Assembly (NCBI GenBank): GCA_038209195.1
Contig: JBBQXY010000002.1
Coordinates: forward strand, 9,606 to 73,605
Reading direction: 5' to 3'
DNA: 64,000 nucleotides
Source of the DNA: Ktedonobacterales bacterium
GTDB taxonomy: Bacteria > Chloroflexota > Ktedonobacteria > Ktedonobacterales > Ktedonobacteraceae
The translations under genes and the position numbers were made by a program. The notes under the pieces are model-generated. The model ran no database searches, was not told where the DNA came from, and worked only from the letters and a program-made list of their open reading frames with translations. Below, one piece after another: positions 60,989 to 64,000 of this stretch (positions are counted from its first letter, which is position 1; each line of letters starts with the position of its first letter).

Positions 60989-62193
60989 TTCTCTATCCTC
61001 GTCAATTTCAAAGCAGCATGGTGTGGCAATGGTTCCCCAAGCAATGGCAAAGCATAGTCGTAGAATGCCTTTGTCACCATCGTCTTGCCTTCGTCGAGAT
61101 AGTCTGCTGGCATGAGCCGTTGCACATTGGCAATCTCTGCCAGTTCTACCAAGTCGGTGCTGCAATGATAGGTTGGTTCGTTATGCCGCACTAATATCAC
61201 CATTTTATCACTTTCACCATGCATAAGCGCGTGTATAGCCTGTCGCCCTACGAGATACGCTTCGTCGCGATCAGTAGCCGAGACACTATCGGAGGCCATG
61301 CGTTGCAGGTCGCCAGGCTTATCAAAGCGAGCGCGTAGGCGCAGGTGCTTCTTCACTAATTCTACCAGATATTGCGCCGCTCCGCTCAGCAATGGATGAG
61401 AAAAAGCATCTGTTCCCACCTGTCCCGCGGTTCCCAGTGGCTGCCCTTGCTCATCGCGGGCCGCCTCGGAGACGACGACGATCACATAGCCAAGACGGCG
61501 ATAGAACTCCTCCACCTGCGCCAGGTAGCTATCCTCGCGGACTGCTTGTTCGGGCATGAGAATGATATGTGGTGGGTCGATCTCGTCGCGCTTGCCCAAC
61601 GCGGAAGCGGCGGCTAACCAACCAGCGTTGCGCCCCATTGTTTCGATGACCTTGACAGGATAGTGTGTGGGTATCGCGATAGTGTTCAAGGTCGAGTCCA
61701 TAGTTGCCATAGCGATGAAACGGGCCGCACTGCCATAGCCAGGACAATGATCGGTGAACGGTAGGTCGTTATCAATGGTTTTGGGTACGCTGATCGCCTG
61801 GAGATCATAGCCGCTCTGCTGTGCAAACTGGGCTAAGCGATGGGCGGTATCGGCGGAATCATTGCCACCTATATAGACAAAGTAGCGAATAGTATATTTG
61901 CGGAAGAGTGAGAGCACCCGTGCGGGATCATCCTCCCGGAGTTTATAGCGACAAGAGCCAAGAGCGGCTGATGGGGTGTGCAGAAGCCGTTGCCAGATAG
62001 TGCTGGGCTGCTGGCGCAGGTCGAGAATATCTTCCTGTAAGAAGCCTTCGATACCATGGCGCATGCCGTAGATCTCTCCAATGCGTGTCTCTTGCATGGC
62101 GGCCTCAACGGCCCCAACCAGGCTAGCATTGATAACGGCGGTCGCTCCTCCTGATTGCCCAATAATGATATTACCGTGTGTTGTCAAGGACAA
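60985..62193 (-). CDS. pfkA: 6-phosphofructokinase, PfkA family (GGNDS variant; phosphoryl donor unclear)
   Basis: Motifs are IIIGQSGGATAVINA, YIGGNDSA, PKTIDNDL and MGRNAGWLA. Confidence 0.85.
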   Translation of the reverse strand: MSLTTHGNIIIGQSGGATAVINASLVGAVEAAMQETRIGEIYGMRHGIEGFLQEDILDLRQQPSTIWQRLLHTPSAALGSCRYKLREDDPARVLSLFRKYTIRYFVYIGGNDSADTAHRLAQFAQQSGYDLQAISVPKTIDNDLPFTDHCPGYGSAARFIAMATMDSTLNTIAIPTHYPVKVIETMGRNAGWLAAASALGKRDEIDPPHIILMPEQAVREDSYLAQVEEFYRRLGYVIVVVSEAARDEQGQPLGTAGQVGTDAFSHPLLSGAAQYLVELVKKHLRLRARFDKPGDLQRMASDSVSATDRDEAYLVGRQAIHALMHGESDKMVILVRHNEPTYHCSTDLVELAEIANVQRLMPADYLDEGKTMVTKAFYDYALPLLGEPLPHHAALKLTRIEK

Positions 62194-62376
62194 TGTTCTC
62201 TCCTATTAGATTGCTCACAGTTATTTCAACCATTATATCAAGCGCAAGGTAAGGCGTCGAGTGGTCATATCTCTTCAGTAAATATTATATGAACGTCTGT
62301 TAACCTTAATAGGTTGTTTCTTGCGGTTATTCGAGTTTCTGTGTTACACTTTCTTCACAAAAGCTGAGTAGCAAAA

Positions 62377-62443
62377 GGAATAGATTCTTCGCCCTTCGCT
62401 TCGCTCGAGGGCTTCGGCTACTGCGGCCTCAGAATGACAATTG
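62377..62443 (-). repeat. GTCATTCTGAG-superfamily half-element with a 29-nt internal insertion/hairpin
   Basis: aggaatagattcttc [gcccttcgcttcgctcgagggcttcggcta] ctgcggcctcagaatgacaat. Confidence 0.8.
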
Positions 62444-62470
62444 AAAAAACAATGGTTGGGAAGGTAACAC

Positions 62471-63697
62471 ATGCAGCGAACAGACGGCACATCCTGGACA
62501 CTCGACACGCTCTTCGTACATGGAGAGAAACGCTCTCGTACTACCGGTCTTACAGGTGTGCCATCTGTGCAGCCTATTTATGCCAGTACGACTTACTTGC
62601 ATCAAAGTGCAGCCGCGCTCGATCAGGCCTTTGAGCGGGGAACTGGTTCTGGAGAAGAAGCGGCCTATGTCTATGGACGGCAAGGCAATCCCAGTATGCA
62701 AGGGCTGGAAGCTGTGATGACAGAGGCTGAGGGAGGTGTTGGGGCTGTCACATTTGCATCGGGTATGGCGGCAATTCACGCAGCATTGCTGGCGGCGGGA
62801 CTGGTTGCGGGGTGCAAGATTGTGGCGGGACAAGATATGTATGGCGCATCCGTTGCTTTGCTACGGCAAATGTTTATGCCCATGGGTGTTGAGGTGGTAT
62901 TGCTTGACCTGTGTGGCCCGCACGCGGCTGACCTTATTCGGGGCGAGCAACCAGACGTGGTGTATGTTGAGACACTCTCAAACCCACTGGTGAAGCTGAT
63001 TGATCTCGCGGCAATCACTGCTGCGGCTGCCGAGGTAGGAGCAGTAAGTATTGTGGATAGCACGATGACGACGCCATACTTGCTGCGACCAATAGTCTAT
63101 GGCTTTGACATGGTAGTACATAGCGCGACAAAATATTTGGGTGGGCATGGCGATAGTACAGCCGGCGTGGTCGTCAGCGCGAAGAAGACATTACTTGATG
63201 CACTGCGCAATTGTGCTACGCTAATGGGTGCCATGCTCAGTCCTTTTGAGGCCCATTTGATTAAGCGCGGTTTACAGACGTTGCCACTACGTATGGAACG
63301 CCACTGCCGCAATGCCATCCAAGTGGCGTATTTCTTGCAAGAACATCCAGCCGTGGCCTGCGTCCATTACCCCGGTTTGCCCGCTCATCCCCAGCATGAG
63401 CTTGCCACCGCTCTGCTAGATCGCGGACTGTATGGTGGGATGCTGTCCTTTGAACTAAAGGCGCAGTCTCGCCAGGCAGTGATGTGCTTTATGGATAAGC
63501 TAGGTCTCTGCCTGCCAGCTACCACCCTTGGTGATGCCTGGTCGCTGGTGAGCTATCCTCCAATGTCATCACATCGGACATTGTCAGAGGCTGATCGCAA
63601 AAAGATGGGGATCACTGAGGGTTGCATCCGCCTGTCAGTGGGCATTGAGGATGTTGAAGATATTATCAGAGATTTGGATCAGGCCTTGCAGGGATAA
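62471..63697 (+). CDS. Cys/Met-metabolism PLP-dependent enzyme (cystathionine gamma-synthase / O-acylhomoserine sulfhydrylase / gamma-lyase family)
   Basis: The PLP-lysine motif is SATKYLGGHGD. The N-terminus (IYASTTY) and C-terminus (IRLSVGIEDVEDIIRDL) are typical of the family. Confidence 0.9.
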   Translation: MQRTDGTSWTLDTLFVHGEKRSRTTGLTGVPSVQPIYASTTYLHQSAAALDQAFERGTGSGEEAAYVYGRQGNPSMQGLEAVMTEAEGGVGAVTFASGMAAIHAALLAAGLVAGCKIVAGQDMYGASVALLRQMFMPMGVEVVLLDLCGPHAADLIRGEQPDVVYVETLSNPLVKLIDLAAITAAAAEVGAVSIVDSTMTTPYLLRPIVYGFDMVVHSATKYLGGHGDSTAGVVVSAKKTLLDALRNCATLMGAMLSPFEAHLIKRGLQTLPLRMERHCRNAIQVAYFLQEHPAVACVHYPGLPAHPQHELATALLDRGLYGGMLSFELKAQSRQAVMCFMDKLGLCLPATTLGDAWSLVSYPPMSSHRTLSEADRKKMGITEGCIRLSVGIEDVEDIIRDLDQALQG

Positions 63698-63716
63698 TTG
63701 TGGAGTACCGATGGCA

Positions 63717-63754
63717 AGGAATAGATTCTTCGGCTGCGGCCTCAGAATGACAAT
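63717..63754 (-). repeat. half-element of the GTCATTCTGAG repeat superfamily
   Basis: aggaatagattcttcggctgcggcctcagaatgacaat is identical to 57791-57828. Confidence 0.8.
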
Positions 63755-64000
63755 CTTCCACCTAAATGCAAAAATTTGCGCACTATTCTAGCGGTGAATA
63801 GTCAATTTGGTGCATAAAAATACTTACAGATAATCCTTCCATATGGTAATATTACAGTTATACCCATGTATATAGTTATAGACGCACCGTAAGCATTGCC
63901 TTTTCACTGCGCACCTAAACAGCTCTAGCTCACTATGCTTTACAGATAAGCACTGCACAGTCTGATAGTGAAATGGTAAACAGTATTTTTCTTTATGTTC

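Noticed and set aside
60989-61165. N-terminal extension of the deoB ORF (also glyA 7954-8028, cysE 26166-26204, QNG1-like 32601-32735, kinase 4462-4488, permease 6198-6242)
   Set aside because: These extensions overlap neighbouring genes or repeats and lack an RBS. Internal ATGs with Shine-Dalgarno sequences give proteins that start where family homology starts.
62194-62470. SAM or other riboswitch upstream of the Cys/Met PLP enzyme gene
   Set aside because: No SAM-I/II-like conserved core was visible. A copy of the miniature repeat (62377-62443) accounts for most of the structure.

Overview
Gene-dense bacterial chromosomal window, roughly 50% GC by eye. I call about 52 protein-coding genes across both strands. 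I recognised no rRNA, tRNA, CRISPR array, transposase or integrase. Start codons are my best guesses from RBS context. Family assignments come from motifs read in the translations, not from database searches. The gene content includes several Hanks-type Ser/Thr kinases, a WXG100 protein, an RsrA-like anti-sigma factor and GTCATTCTGAG-type miniature repeats. This suggests a large-genome, Gram-positive-like organism, possibly Chloroflexota/Ktedonobacteria, but that is inference only. Housekeeping genes: ligA (partial), an archaeal-type glyA, an EF-G paralogue, cysS (fused), cysE, murE, mraY (extended), ftsH, an RpoD-type sigma factor, and a pfk-deoB-GNAT-pmm operon. The most interesting locus is at 33.26-37.94 kb. 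A 73-aa Trp-Trp precursor peptide with a Nif11-like leader is translationally coupled to a ComQ-like polyprenyl-synthase-fold enzyme. A 10-TM histidine kinase and a mini MarR follow. I read this as a ComX/ComQ/ComP-like prenylated-peptide signalling or RiPP module outside Firmicutes. Other notable items: (1) a complete CysRS fused to a GT2 glycosyltransferase and a His-rich tail, followed by a ThuA-Gfo/Idh/MocA fusion; (2) a DsbA/FrnE gene with an in-frame TGA replacing the first Cys of CxxC, a selenocysteine candidate; (3) an exact GGAAT-N18-GTT SigR-type promoter in front of a divergently placed ZAS anti-sigma gene; (4) seven sequence-unique 30-35 bp near-perfect hairpins at gene 3' ends; (5) a miniature repeat superfamily with six copies; (6) a ~600-nt ORF-free structured intergenic region; (7) a small island at 51.4-56.3 kb with a truncated amt gene, a higher-GC secreted protein, phased short repeats and a duplicated protease N-terminus.
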